This document shows positions 12,041 through 24,152 of a stretch of DNA of 64,000 nt, piece by piece. The notes below the pieces were generated by a model. It did no database searches. It was not told the origin of the DNA and saw nothing but the letters and a program-made list of their open reading frames with translations. This stretch comes from Phyllobates terribilis (Eukaryota). Both the position numbers and the translations under genes were made by a program. The stretch covers positions 385,702,001-385,766,000 of the forward strand of contig NW_027362768.1 of assembly GCF_046119375.1 (NCBI RefSeq). Reading direction: 5' to 3'. How positions within the stretch are numbered: the first letter of the stretch is position 1; the number at the start of each line of letters is the position of its first letter.

Positions 12041-14712
12041 AGTGATAACCACTGAGCCACCATACTGCTCTATACATATATATAGTACAGTGCTAACCAC
12101 TGAGCCACCGTGCTGCCCTATATATAGTACAGTGCTAACCACTGAGCCACCGTACTGCCCTGTATAGAGTATAGTGCTAACCACTGAGCCACCGTGCTGC
12201 CCTATATAGTACAGTGCCAACCACTGAGCCACCGTGCTGCTCTATACATATAGTACAGTGCTAACCACTGAGCCATCGTGCTGCTCTATACATATATATA
12301 GTACAGTGCTAACCACTGAGCCACCGTGCTGCCCATAGTACAATGCTAACCACTGAGCCACCGTGCTGCTCTATACATATATATATATAGTACAGTGCTG
12401 ACCACTGAGCTACTGTGCTGCCCATAGTACAATGCTAACCACTGAGCCACCGTGCTGCACTATACATATATATATAGTACAGTGCTGACCACTGAGCTAC
12501 TGTGCTGCTCTATACATATAGTACAGTGCTAACCACTGAGCCACCGTGCTGCTCTATACATATATATAGTACAGTGCTAACCACTGAGCCACCGTGCTGC
12601 CCTATATATAGTACAGTGCTAACCACTGAGCCACCGTACTGCCCTGTATAGAGTATAGTGCTAACCACTGAGCCACCGTGCTGCCCTATATAGTACAGTG
12701 CCAACCACTGAGCCACCGTGCTGCTCTATACATATAGTACAGTGCTAACCACTGAGCCATCGTGCTGCTCTATACATATATATAGTACAGTGCTAACCAC
12801 TGAGCCACCGTGCTGCCCATAGTACAATGCTAACCAATGAGCCACCGTGCTGCTCTATACATATATATATATAGTACAGTGCTGACCACTGAGCTACTGT
12901 GCTGCCCATAGTACAATGCTAACCACTGAGCCACCGTGCTGCACTATACATATATATATATAGTACAGTGCTGACCACTGAGCTACTGTGCTGCTCTATA
13001 CATATAGTACAGTGCTAACCACTGAGCCACCGTGCTGCTCTATACATATATATAGTACAGTGCTAACCACTGAGCCACCGTGCTGCCCTATGTATAGTAC
13101 AGTGCTAACCACTGAGCCACCGTGCTGCTCTATACATATATATAGTACAGTGCTAACCACTGAGCCACCGTGCTGCTCTATACATATATATAGTACAGTG
13201 CTAACCACTGAGCCACCGTGCTGCTCTATACATATATATAGTACAGTGCTAACCACTGAGCCACCGTGCTGCTCTATACATATATATAGTACAGTGCTAA
13301 CCACTGAGCCACCGTGCTGCTCTATACATATATATAGTACAGTGCTAACCACTGAGCCACTGTGCTGCTCTATACATATATATAGTACAGTGCTAACCAC
13401 TGAGCCACCGTGCTGCTCTATACATATATATAGTACAGTGCTAACCACTGAGCCACCGTGCTGCTCTATAGATATAGTACAGTGCTAACCACTGAGCCAC
13501 CGTGCTGCCCTATGTATAGTACAGTGCTAACCACTGAGCCACCGTGCTGCCCTATATATAGTACAGTGCTAACCACTGAGCCACTGTGCTGCTCTATACA
13601 TATATATAGTACAGTGATAACCACTGAGCCACCATACTGCTCTATACATATATATAGTACAGTGCTAACCACTGAGCCACCGTGCTGCCCTATATATAGT
13701 ACAGTGCTAACCACTGAGCCACCGTACTGCCCTATATAGTACAGTGCCAACCACTGAGCCACCGTGCTGCCCTATATATAGTACAGTGCTAACCACTGAG
13801 CCATTGTGCTGCCCTATACATATATAGTACAGTGATAACCACTGAGCCACCGTGCTGCTCTATACATATATATATATAGTACAGTGCTAACCACTGAGCC
13901 ATTGTGCTGCCCTATACATATATAGTACAGTGATAACCACTGAGCCACCGTGCTGCTCTATACATATATATATATATATAGTACAATGCTAACCACTGAG
14001 CCACCGTGCTGCTCTATACATATATAGTACAGTGCTAACCACTGAGCCACCACACTGCCCTATATATAGTACAGTGCTAACCACTGAGCCACCGTGCTGC
14101 TCTATACATATATAGTACAGTGCTAACCACTGAGCCACCGTGCTGCTCTATACATATATAGTACAGTGCTAACCACTGAGCCACCGTGCTGCTCTATACA
14201 TATATAGTACAGTGCTAACCACTGAGCCACCGCGCTGCCCTATATATAGTACAGTGCTAACCACTGAGCCACCGCGCTGCCCTATATATAGTACAGTGCT
14301 AACCACTGAGCCACCGTGCTGCTCTATACATATATAGTACAGTGCTAACCACTGAGCCACCGTGCTGCTCTATACATATATAGTACAGTGCTAACCACTG
14401 AGCCACCGTGCTGCTCTATACATATATAGTACAGTGCTAACCACTGAGCCACCGCGCTGCCCTATATATAGTACAGTGCTAACCACTGAGCCACCGCACT
14501 GCCCTATATATAGTACAGTGCTAACCACTGAGCCACCGCGCTGCCCTATATATAGTACAGTGCTAACCACTGAGCCACCGCGCTGCCCTATATATAGTAC
14601 AGTGCTAACCACTGAGCCACCGCGCTGCCCTATATATAGTACAGTGCTAACCACTGAGTCACCGTGCTGCCCTATATATAGTACAGTGCTAACCACTGAG
14701 CCACCGCGCTGC
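11200..14712 (-). repeat. Tandem array of about 39-47 bp units (about 80 copies): GGGCAGCACGGTGGCTCAGTGGTTAGCACTG plus TAC(TA)n, the 5' head of a tRNA-derived SINE; NPRL2 intron 3
   Basis: The plus-strand unit cagtgctaaccactgagccaccgtgctgccc(ta)n reverse-complements to a tRNA-like head containing the A-box TGGCTCAGTGG. No B-box follows. Confidence 0.9.
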
Positions 14713-14815
14713 TCTTTCCCTGTAGCACACTGACATGAAGCCTCAGCCTCTTATTACACCTCGTGCAGTGCACGGCCCCAGTAATCGGTGCGCGGCCCCC
14801 GTCATCGGTGCGGAC

Positions 14816-14984
14816 CTCCAGCGTCTTCAGGTATCCCGCGAGCTTCTTCACGATGGGCTCCAGCGCGCACGTCTTGGCTCTGGCGTTGCACACAAAGCCC
14901 AGGTTAAAGAGCAGAGCGTTGCGGCTGTACTTCTTGTGCTCGATGCAAACCGGGCAACCGATCAGCTTCTTGTCCATGGCGGTC
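14816..14984 (-). CDS. NPRL2: NPRL2 coding exon 3: (V)[56 protein letters not shown]
   Basis: tctcag acceptor, GTCCGC donor, 169 nt. Contains the GATOR1 arginine finger (YSRN; human R78, here R77, codon 14923-14921). Confidence 0.97.
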
Positions 14985-15136
14985 CTGAGAACAGACGCGC
15001 GTCAGTGAGACGGCCGCCATCGCAGCTGCTGCTCCCCTGCCAGGAGCTTAGCTACACGGCGATACATCCGCTGTAGAACCATAATGGCGCCACCCTGAGC
15101 GTTCCCCCGGCATTACAGCGGCCCGGACGTCACTCA

Positions 15137-15292
<156 letters not shown>

Positions 15293-15296
15293 TCAC

Positions 15297-15371
15297 CTGG
15301 TAACTGATCTTGGGGCCGAGGGTCGGATGGAACTCGCTGAAGAAAACGCACTCGATCCTCCGACTGGACAT
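15297..15371 (-). CDS. NPRL2: NPRL2 (GATOR1 complex subunit) coding exon 1: [25 protein letters not shown]
   Basis: ATG at 15371-15369, GTGAGT donor at 15296. The 11 exons total 1140 nt, giving 379 aa plus stop with no internal stop. Confidence 0.96.
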
Positions 15372-15404
15372 CACTGCAGACAGAGAGGTGGTCACTGAGG
15401 GGGG

Positions 15405-16975
15405 AGGGGCCGAGCGAGGGCGGGGGGAGGGGCCGAGCGAGGGCAGGGGGAGGGGCCGAGCGAGGGCAGGGGGAGGGGCCGAGCGAGGGCAGGGGGAGGG
15501 GCCGAGTGAGGGCAGGGGAGGGGCCGAGCGAGGGCAGGGGGAGGGGCCGAGCGAGAGCAGGGGGAGGGGCCGAGCGAGGGCAGGGGCCGAGCGAGGGCAG
15601 GGGGAGGGGCCTAATGAGGGCAGGGGAGGGGCCTAATGAGGGCAGGGGCCTAATGAGGGCAGGGGGAGGGGCCTAATGAGGGCAGGGGAGGGGCCTAGTG
15701 AGGGCAGGGGGAGGGGCCTAATGAGGGCAGGGGCCGAGCGAGGGCAGGGGGGGGCCAAGCGAGGGCAGGGGGAGGGGGCGAGCGAGGGCAGGGGAGGGGC
15801 CGAGCGAGGGCAGGGGCCGAGCGAGGGCAGGGGCCGAGCGAGGGCAGGGGGAGGGGCCGAGCGAGGGGCCGAGCGAGGGCAGGGGGAGGGGCCGAGCGAG
15901 GGGCCGAGCGAGGGCAGGGGAGGGGCCGAGCGAGGGCAGGGGAGGGGCCTAATGAGGGCAGGGGCCTAATGAGGGCAGGGGAGGGCCTAATGAGGGCAGG
16001 GGGAGGGGCCTAATGAGGGCAGGGGCCGAGCGAGGGCAGGGGGGGGCCAAGCGAGGGGCCGAGCGAGGGCAGGGGAGGGGCCGAGCGAGGGCAGGGGAGG
16101 GGCCGAGCGAGGGCAGGGGAGGGGCCGAGCGAGGGCAGGGGGAGGGGCCGAGCGAGGGCAGGGGAGGGGCCGAGCGAGGGCAGGGGGAGGGGCCGAGCGA
16201 GGGCAGGGGGAGGGGCCGAGCGAGGGCAGGGGGAGGGGCCGAGCGAGGGCAGGGGAGGGCCTAATGAGGGCAGGGGGAGGGGCCTAATGAGGGCAGGGGC
16301 CGAGCGAGGGCAGGGGGGGCCAAGCGAGGGCAGGGGCCGAGCGAGGGCAGGGGCCGAGCGAGGGCAGGGGCCGAGCGAGGGCAGGGGAGGGGCCGAGCGA
16401 GGGCAGGGGAGGGGCCGAGCGAGGGCAGGGGAGGGGCCGAGCGAGGGCAGGGGAGGGGCCGAGCGAGGGCAGGGGAGGGGCCGAGCGAGGGCAGGGGAGG
16501 GGCCGAGCGAGGGCAGGGGCCGAGCAAGGGCAGGGGAGGGGCCGAGCAAGGGCAGGGGGAGGGGCCGAGCGAGGGCAGGGCCGAGCGAGGGCAGGGGAGG
16601 GGCCTAATGAGGGCAGGGGAGGGGCCTAATGAGGGCAGGGGAGGGGCCTAATGAGGGCAGGGGAGGGGCCTAATGAGGGCAGGGGCCTAATGAGGGCAGG
16701 GGAGGGGCCTAACGAGGGCAGGGGAGGGGCCTAATGAGGGCAGGGGCCTAACGAGGGCAGGGGAGGGGCCGAGCGAGGGCAGGGGGAGGGGCCGAGCGAG
16801 GGCAGGGGGAGGGGCCGAGCGAGGGCAGGGGAGGGGCCGAGCGAGGGCAGGGGAGGGGCCGAGCGAGGGCAGGGGAGGGGCCGAGCGAGGGCAGGGGAGG
16901 GGCTGAGCGAGGGCAGGGGAGGGGCCGAGCGAGGGCAGGGGAGGGGCCGAGCGAGGGCAGGGGAGGGGCCGAGCA
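15405..16975. repeat. Very G-rich minisatellite of about 22 bp (ggggccgagcgagggcagggga; cctaat variant) upstream of the NPRL2 ATG
   Basis: Continuous G3-G5 tracts on the plus strand. Confidence 0.96.
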
Positions 16976-17639
16976 CACACTGACAGTAACCAGTAAGAAA
17001 GCCCCGTGCTCAGACCCCGCCCACCAGGAGCCAGCTGCATTGGGACCTGGCTCTGCTTCTGGATTCGGGATCAGGGTGCAGAGCGACTGAATAATATAAT
17101 AAACTAATTTAAAAAAAATATTAGAAAAAAAAATAAAACTTCATATCTTTAATCCAGAAGTATAACAAAAAAAAAGAAAATATATATATAAAATTGAAAT
17201 GGCACAGTGCGGTTGTTCAGTCGCGGCTCCTCCGCTGAAAAATTGCAACAAAAACCAATCGACTCATTATAAAAACATTTCACCACTAAAATAAAGGAAT
17301 AATAACCTCCCTGGTGCGGTGCCGCTGTTATTGCACTGAGACCAAGAATCACAAGTGCTGTAAACTAAACCCAAAGACAATGGCAGAACTGTGGCCTTTC
17401 ACCATCACCCCCTGCTGTCTGCACTATGATTGCAGCTCTGAGGCAGAACACTCATAAAGAAGCGACCATGTTCTGCACTCTCTGCCCTTCCTCCTGGCTT
17501 CTCCCCCGTCTGCGGGTTATCCCCTGACCCCAGAGCAGCACTCACTCTTCTTCTTCCTCCTCCTCTTCTCCTTCTTCTTCCTCCACTCCTTCAGGTATTC
17601 TCACCCCCACTAAGAAGAGAAATGAACCCGTCCAGCACA

Positions 17640-17930
17640 AGCCGGAAACAGCATGGATGCGTCTCAAGCCTCTCTCCCATTCCGGCTCCGCCCCTCCACG
17701 TTCATTGGTTGGTTGTCAGTTCTTACTTACATAATCTGTGGAAAATAACCTGCCAATGGGCGGGGCCTCATGTGATTGACAGGAGCTGTACCAAATGAGA
17801 CATGTAGATGGGCGGAGCAGCGGAGCATTTCCTGAAGGCGGAAGAGACAGAGAAGCGACGTCCGGGAGGCAGAGCCGCGGGAGGGGATGAGAGTGCGGGT
17901 AATGTGCAGGACTACAAGTCCCAGCGGGGA
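17640..17930. promoter_or_regulatory. Candidate bidirectional promoter for NPRL2 (minus) and CYB561D2 (plus)
   Basis: CCGGAA ETS (17642), GC boxes (17688 and 17758), CCAAT in both orientations (attgg 17704, ccaat 17753), TCATGTGA E-box (17768-17775), GGACTACAAGTCCCAGC ZNF143/THAP11-type motif (17909-17925). Lies between two divergent genes. Confidence 0.65.
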
Positions 17931-17985
17931 GGAGTCAGGCCCGCAGTGGCTGATAACTTCTCCGTTATGTGCTCACGTCTCTGCC

Positions 17986-18065
17986 TCTCACAGCTGAGGG
18001 TGTGTTACAATGTGTCAGTGCAGTTGTCAGGCGGATACAAGTGTACCAGACCCTCAGCTGTGAGA
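17986..18065. repeat. Small palindromic dispersed repeat (tctcacagctgaggg...ccctcagctgtgaga); related copy at about 45189-45302
   Basis: Perfect 15-bp inverted arms. The second copy shares cagctgagggt.tgttaca.tgt and ccctcagctgtgaga. Confidence 0.55.
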
Positions 18066-18329
18066 CGTCGCCGCCGGTGGTGGCTGCCGCCTATGGCCGC
18101 TCCTCTTCATGGCGGTTTTGTGGCCGATCCTCCGTCTGTCGCTCGCGGGATCCGGAGTTATTTGCACCAAAATCCGAGATCTTTTCTCTTTTGCGCCTTT
18201 TTGGAGTAAAACCATTGTTTTGGGGGACAGTCAGGGGTCTGTGATGGCGATACGGCTTAATTGTCTGCTGCAAATCAATCAGGCGTTGTGCAGGTACATC
18301 TCTATAAAGTGTCTCCGACTGCAGGAACC

Positions 18330-19445
18330 AACCAGGACAGGCGGTTATGGCGGTGCTCGAGGCTGATCGCTCTGTACGCCCCCCCCCCCCCAGGACAGGC
18401 GGTTATGGCGGTGCTCGAGGCTGATTGCTCTGTACGCCCCCCCCCCCCCAGGACTGGAGGTTATGGCGGTGCTCGGGGCTGATCGCTCTGTACGCCCCCC
18501 CCCCCCCAGGACAGGCGGTTATGGCGGTGCTCGAGGCTGATTGCTCTGTACGCCCCCCCCCCCCCAGGACTGGAGGTTATGGCGGTGCTCGGGGCTGATC
18601 GCTCTGTACGCCCCCCAGGACAGGCGGTTATGGCGGTGCTCGGGGCTGATCGCGCTGTACGCCCCCCCCCAGGACTCACGGTTATGACGGTGCTCGGGGG
18701 CTGATCCGCTCCGTACGTCTCCCGACCCCCCTGGACAGGCGGTTATGGCGGTGCTCGGGGCTGATCGCTCTGTATTCCCCCCCCCCCAGGACTGGCGGTT
18801 ATGGCGGTGCTCGGGGCTGATCGCTCTTTATTTCCCCCCCCCAGGACAGGCGGTTATGGCGGTGCTCGGGGCTGATCGCTCTTTATTTCCCCCCCCCAGG
18901 ACTGGCGGTTATGGCGGTGCTCGGGGCTGATCGCTCTGTATTCCCCCCCCCCAGGACTGGCGGTTATGTTGGTGCCCGGGGTTGATCGCTCTGTACTTCC
19001 TCCCCCAGGACAGGGTGTTATGGCGGTGTGATTTCCCCCCCCCCCTCCCCCAAGGATCCACTCTGTACATCCCCCCACCAGGACAGGCGGTTATGGTGGT
19101 GCTCCGGGGCTGATCCCCCTATGTACGACCCCCTCCAGGACAGGCGGTTATGGTGGTGCTCCGGGGCTGATCCCCTATGTACGCCCCCCTCCAGGACAGG
19201 CGGTTATGGCGGTGCTCAGGGGCTCATCCTCTCTATACGCCCCAGGACGGGCGGTGCTCAGGGGCTGATCCTCTCTATACGCCCCCCAGGACGCACGGTT
19301 ATGACGGTGCTCGGGGGCTGATCTGCTCTGTACGTCCCGCACCCTCCAGGACAGTCTCTGCTCAGTGGCTGATCCTCTCTATATGCCCCGTAGGATAGGC
19401 GGTTATGGCGGTGCTCGGGGTCTGATCCCCTTTGTACGCCCCCCA
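18330..19445. repeat. About 50-57 bp minisatellite (caggacaggcggttatggcggtgctcggggctgatcgctctgtacg plus poly-C), upstream of the first coding exon of CYB561D2
   Basis: Tandem units with a variable C-run, decaying towards 19445. Confidence 0.93.
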
Positions 19446-20347
19446 GGATGCACAGTTATAGCAGTGCTCACAGTGTCCTTCAGTATAAAGCACGAGGGAT
19501 CAGATGGTCTCAGGTACAAATCTCAAAGGGAAATAGCGGCAAAGACAAAAATAATTGTGAAAATGTAAAGAAATATTATATTAAAAGATAAAAGTTTAGA
19601 TGAGAAAATAAATGAAATAGTCTGCTCCGGGGACGGTCGGTACGTTGCATTATATGTCAGTGGGAGGGGGAGGAACAAGATCAGCAAAACCGCAAACGAC
19701 CCAAAAACTGTGAGGGGAAAAAAACGCTCAGAAAAATGATGAAAACTGCTGAAGCCGGCGCTCGGGAAACAACAAGAAGATACACAGCGCCGACGTGTCC
19801 TGGAAGCGTCGTCAGAATCGCCTGCGTGTAACAAACGCTGTGTGAACGCGACCTTACTGCAAATAAACGCAGAGCCACCTTTATTTAAGACTTTGCACCT
19901 TTCCCAAAGCCTGAAGTGACCCCAAAAAGAGAAACCCTGCAGCTCGCCCCCCCCCCCACCGCATCTCCCTCCTAGCCCCCCAAAACTTTATATTACAAAA
20001 GTTCAGAATTTGATAAATGGACGATGGGTTTTGGTTTTTTTTCCGCCTTTTTACTGCAGGTTTTTCAGGACTTTTCGGTGTCCTAGAAAACTACAACTCG
20101 TCCCGCAAAAACAGCGACAGGGAGGGAACATAGAAACACTAGAAGGGGAGAGTGACCGTCCTGAAGGGGTTAAGTGTGTGGCCCCGGAGCGGTCAGAGGC
20201 TGGTGCTGCAGGTTCCCGTCTGCGCCGGGGCCACACTGCTCTCCGCACACAGAGCACCATGGTCACAGCAACGCGTCCGCTCCTCGCACTGCAGGGGGCG
20301 CCGCACAGTTCAGTCGTTTATAACGTCTCATCTGTTCCTCAGGATCA

Positions 20348-20474
20348 ATGGCGCAGAGCTCAGACCCCGACCCCCGGCTGCACCGCACCCTGCGCCTGAT
20401 CTCCGGGACCGCCGCTCATCTCACCGCACTCACCGTCACAATCTACATCGCCTGCGTGTCCCAGCTGGGAACAT
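20348..20474 (+). CDS. CYB561D2: CYB561D2 coding exon 1 (missed by the ORF track): MAQSSDPDPRLHRTLRLISGTAAHLTALTVTIYIACVSQLGT(S)
   Basis: Acceptor ctgttcctcag ends at 20342, ATG at 20348, GTGAGT donor at 20475, 127 nt. Aligns with remembered human [42 protein letters not shown]. Confidence 0.9.
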
Positions 20475-20499
20475 GTGAGTATTAGACGGGGAAGGTGGA

Positions 20500-22388
20500 G
20501 CGTAATAATGTCTGGAGGTTATATCAGTGCTGGAGCGTTATAAGAGGCTGATATCAGTCACATATGATGTAATGTCTGGAGGTTATATCAGTACTGGAGC
20601 TTTATAAGAGGGGCTGATATCAGTCACATGATGTAATGTCTGGAGGTTATATCTCTACTGGAGCGTTATAAAAGGAGCTGATATCAGTCAGATATGGTGT
20701 AATGTCTGGAGGTTATATCAGTACTGGAGCGTTATAAGAGGGGCTGATATCAGTCACATATGATGTAATGTCTGGAGGTTATATCAGTACTGGAGCGTTA
20801 TAAGAGGCTGATATCAGTCACATATGGTGTAATGTCTGGAGGTTATATCAGTACTGGAGCGTTATAAGAGTCTGATATCAGTCACATATGATGTAATGTC
20901 TGGAGGTTATATCAGTACTGGAGCATTATAAGAGGCTGATATCAGTCACATATGATGTAATGTCTGGAGGTTATATCAGTACTGGAGCAATATAAGAGGA
21001 GCTGATATCAGTCACATATGGTGTAATGTCTGGAGGTTATATCAGTACTGGAGCTTTATAAGAGGGGCTGATATCAGTCACATATGATGTAATGTCTGGA
21101 GGTTATATCAGTACTGGAGCGTTATAAGAGGGGCTGATATCAGTCACATATGGTGTAATGTCTGGAGGTTATATCAGTACTGGAGCATTATAAGAGGAGC
21201 TGATATCAGTCACATATGGTGTAATGTCTGGAGGTTATATCAGTACTGGAGCATTATAAGAGGCTGATATCAGTCACATATGATGTAATGTCTGGAGGTT
21301 ATATCAGTACTGGAGCGTTATAAGAGGCTGATATCAGTCACTTATGGTGTAATGTCTGGAGGTTATATCAGTACTGGAGCGTTATAAGAGGGGCTGATAT
21401 CAGTCACATATGATGTAATGTCTGGAGGTTATATCTCTACTGGAGCGTTATAAAAGGAGCTGATATCAGTCAGATATGGTGTAATGTCTGGAGGTTATAT
21501 CAGTACTGGAGCGTTATAAGAGGCTGATATCAGTCACATATGATGTAATGTCTGGAGGTTATATCAGTACTGGAGCATTATAAGAGGCTGATATCAGTCA
21601 CATATGATGTAATGTCTGGAGGTTATATCAGTACTGGAGCGTTATAAGAGGAGCTGATATCAGTCACATATGGTGTAATGTCTGGAGGTTATATCAGTAC
21701 TGGAGCATTATAAGAGGCTGATATCAGTCACATATGATGTAATGTCTGGAGGTTATATCAGTACTGGAGCATTATAAGAGGCTGATATCAGTCACATATG
21801 ATGTAATGTCTGGAGGTTATATCAGTACTGGAGCATTATAAGAGGAGCTGATATCAGTCACATATGGTGTAATGTCTGGAGGTTATATCAGTACTGGAGC
21901 TTTATAAGAGGGGCTGATATCAGTCACATATGATGTAATGTCTGGAGGTTATATCAGTACTGGAGCGTTATAAGAGGGGCTGATATCAGTCACATGATGT
22001 AATGTCTGGAGGTTATATCAGTACTGGAGCGTTATAAGAGGGGCTGATATCAGTCACATATGATGTAATGTCTGGAGGTTATATCAGTACTGGAGCGTTA
22101 TAAGAGGGGCTGATATCAGTCACATGATGTAATGTCTGGAGGTTATATCAGTACTGGAGCGTTATAAGAGGGGCTGATATCAGTCACATATGATGTAATG
22201 TCTGGAGGTTATATCAGTACTGGAGCGTTATAAGAGGGGCTGATATCAGTCACATATGATGTAATGTCTGGAGGTTATATCAGTACTGGAGCGTTATAAG
22301 AGGGGCTGATATCAGTCACATATGATGTAATGTCTGGAGGTTATATCAGTACTGGAGCGTTATAAGAGGGGCTGATATCAGTCACATA
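20500..22388. repeat. About 60-63 bp minisatellite (gatatcagtcacatatgatgtaatgtctggaggttatatcagtactggagcgttataagaggggct), about 30 copies, in the intron after CYB561D2 coding exon 1
   Basis: Tandem units read directly. Confidence 0.96.
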
Positions 22389-22579
22389 TAGGAGGGTCTC
22401 GGCTCTGGACATTTGCATTTATTGAGGTTTTCTATACTGTCACTCGTCCCATTGATGAGAAATGGCTGATACCAGGGAGAATAGAGTGCGTCCCTCCCTT
22501 GCGATGGAGGCGTGGGGTCGGCCGGTATTTGCTTGTCTGCTGTTTTTAGCTGCTGTTAACCCTTTGTCTTCTGTTGCAG

Positions 22580-22617
22580 CGCTCTTCTCCTGGCACCCGT
22601 TCCTGATGAGTCTGGCG
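22580..22617 (+). CDS. CYB561D2: CYB561D2 coding exon 2: (S)LFSWHPFLMSLA
   Basis: ttgcag acceptor, GTGAGT donor, 38 nt, phase fits exon 1; contains the WHP heme-ligand His. Confidence 0.94.
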
Positions 22618-22686
22618 GTGAGTCCTCGCTGTGCAGATTACTGTTAATGTGAACATGTGGCAAAGTGAGAGGAGGAAACGATGGAG

Positions 22687-23310
22687 ATCACAGGACGGAG
22701 ACGACACAGATCTGTACATGGTGGAAAGATGCAGAACTACAACGTCCAGAGTCCGAGCCTCGTGCAAAAATCCCGGCAGCTCCGGCCTCTGCTGCTGTCA
22801 CTGAGGTCAATAATGGTCGTCTGAGGAAGGTTCTGCTGCTGAGTGTACAAATCCTCTCCCGCGTCTGCGGACTTTCCTCCCGCGGCGTCTGCGGACTTTC
22901 CTCCCGCGGCGTCTGCGGACTTTCCTCCCGCGGCGTCTGCGGACTTTCCTCCCGCGGCGTCTGCGGACTTTCCTCCCGCGGCGTCTGCGGACTTTCCTCC
23001 CGCGGCGTCTGCGGACTTTCCTCCCGCGGCGTCTGCGGACTTTCCTCCCGCGGCGTCTGCGGACTTTCCTCCCGCGGCGTCTGCGGACTTTCCTCCATCG
23101 AGCACATCGGGGGGACTTCATTGATCACAAAGGAGCTGCCGGCAGCGGACCCTGATGATTTCCTTCCTCAGACGACCATTAATGACCTCAGTGACAGCAG
23201 CCGAGGCCGGAGCTGCCGGGATTTCTGCACGAGGCTCGGACTCCGGACATGGTCAGTTCTGTGTCCATCCTTCCATCACGTGCAGATCTGTGACGTCTCC
23301 GTCCAGTGAT
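22687..23310. mobile_element. Foldback/MITE-like element with about 150-bp imperfect terminal inverted repeats and an internal 24-bp array
   Basis: The left arm atcacaggacggagacg...ggtcgtctgaggaagg is the reverse complement of the right arm ccttcctcagacgacc...cgtctccgtccagtgat. No TSD recognised. Confidence 0.75.
22860..23096. repeat. 24-bp minisatellite (cgcggcgtctgcggactttcctcc), about 10 copies
   Basis: Perfect tandem units inside the foldback element. Confidence 0.95.
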
Positions 23311-23626
23311 TTTTTTTATGTGGTACTTTGAGTGTTTTTACACCAGAGCTGCGCTCACTATTCTGCTGGTGTTATTGGAAGCAGTCAGTAAGCTTGTGGA
23401 CACCTATAGCTTATCTCACCTCCTATAATACATGGAGGCTGTTCACATTATTTTAGCAAAAACTGAACAAATAGGGAACGCTGGATTTCAGCTCTGAAGC
23501 TGAAGAATAGTGAATGTTCTATAATTGTGATCCCGGCGTTCCCATGTGCTCCATTATCAGCAATTTCGGGGTGGAGGTTGGGGATCAGCGGTGACTGATG
23601 CCGTTTGTCTCTGTTTCTCTTTGCAG

Positions 23627-24127
23627 TTCTCCTTCATGACAGAAGCCATCTTGGTTTTCTCTCCTGACTCCTCCGTGCTGCGCTCCTTCTCCCGTAAGGC
23701 GCGGGTGCGGGCGCACTGGGCTCTGCAGCTCCTCTCCGTCCTCTGCGCCATCCTGGGCCTGGGCATCATCTACTATAACAAGGGAGTACACGGGAAGCCG
23801 CACTTCTCCACCTGGCACGGACGGCTGGGGTTACTCACCGTGCTGTGCGCGCTGGTGCAGAACGCCGGCGGGGTAACGCTGCTGTACCCCAAACTGCTGC
23901 AGCGCTGGACCCTGTCTACCCTCAAGCTGTACCACGCCACCTCTGGCCTGCTGGCATACCTGCTGGGCTGCACCAGCCTGATCCTCGGCATGTGTTCCCT
24001 GTGGTTCAGCGCCCATGTGACTGGCACCTCGTGGTACCTCTGCGCCCTCTGCCCGCTGCTCACCGGCCTGGTGGTGATGAATCAAGTCAGTAACGCTCAT
24101 CTGTACCGAAAGAGGAGCCAGTCCTGA
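23627..24127 (+). CDS. CYB561D2: CYB561D2 (transmembrane ascorbate-dependent reductase, 101F6) coding exon 3: [16 protein letters not shown]...HLYRKRSQS*
   Basis: ctctttgcag acceptor, 501 nt to TGA. The remaining three heme-ligand His contexts (RAHW, TWHG, LYHAT) are present. Total 666 nt, 221 aa. Confidence 0.96.
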   Translation, partial: FSFMTEAILVFSPDSSVLRSFSRKARVRAHWALQLLSVLCAILGLGIIYYNKGVHGKPHFSTWHGRLGLLTVLCALVQNAGGVTLLYPKLLQRWTLSTLKLYHATSGLLAYLLGCTSLILGMCSLWFSAHVTGTSWYLCALCPLLTGLVVMNQVSNAHLYRKRSQS

Positions 24128-24152
24128 GGCGCAGTACCTCCCCCGAACTCCC

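Noticed and set aside
11200-14712. tRNA gene cluster or CRISPR-like array
   Set aside because: Only the first 31 nt are tRNA-like, with no anticodon arm, B-box or T-arm. The intervening sequence is (TA)n rather than unique spacers, there are no cas genes, and the DNA is eukaryotic.
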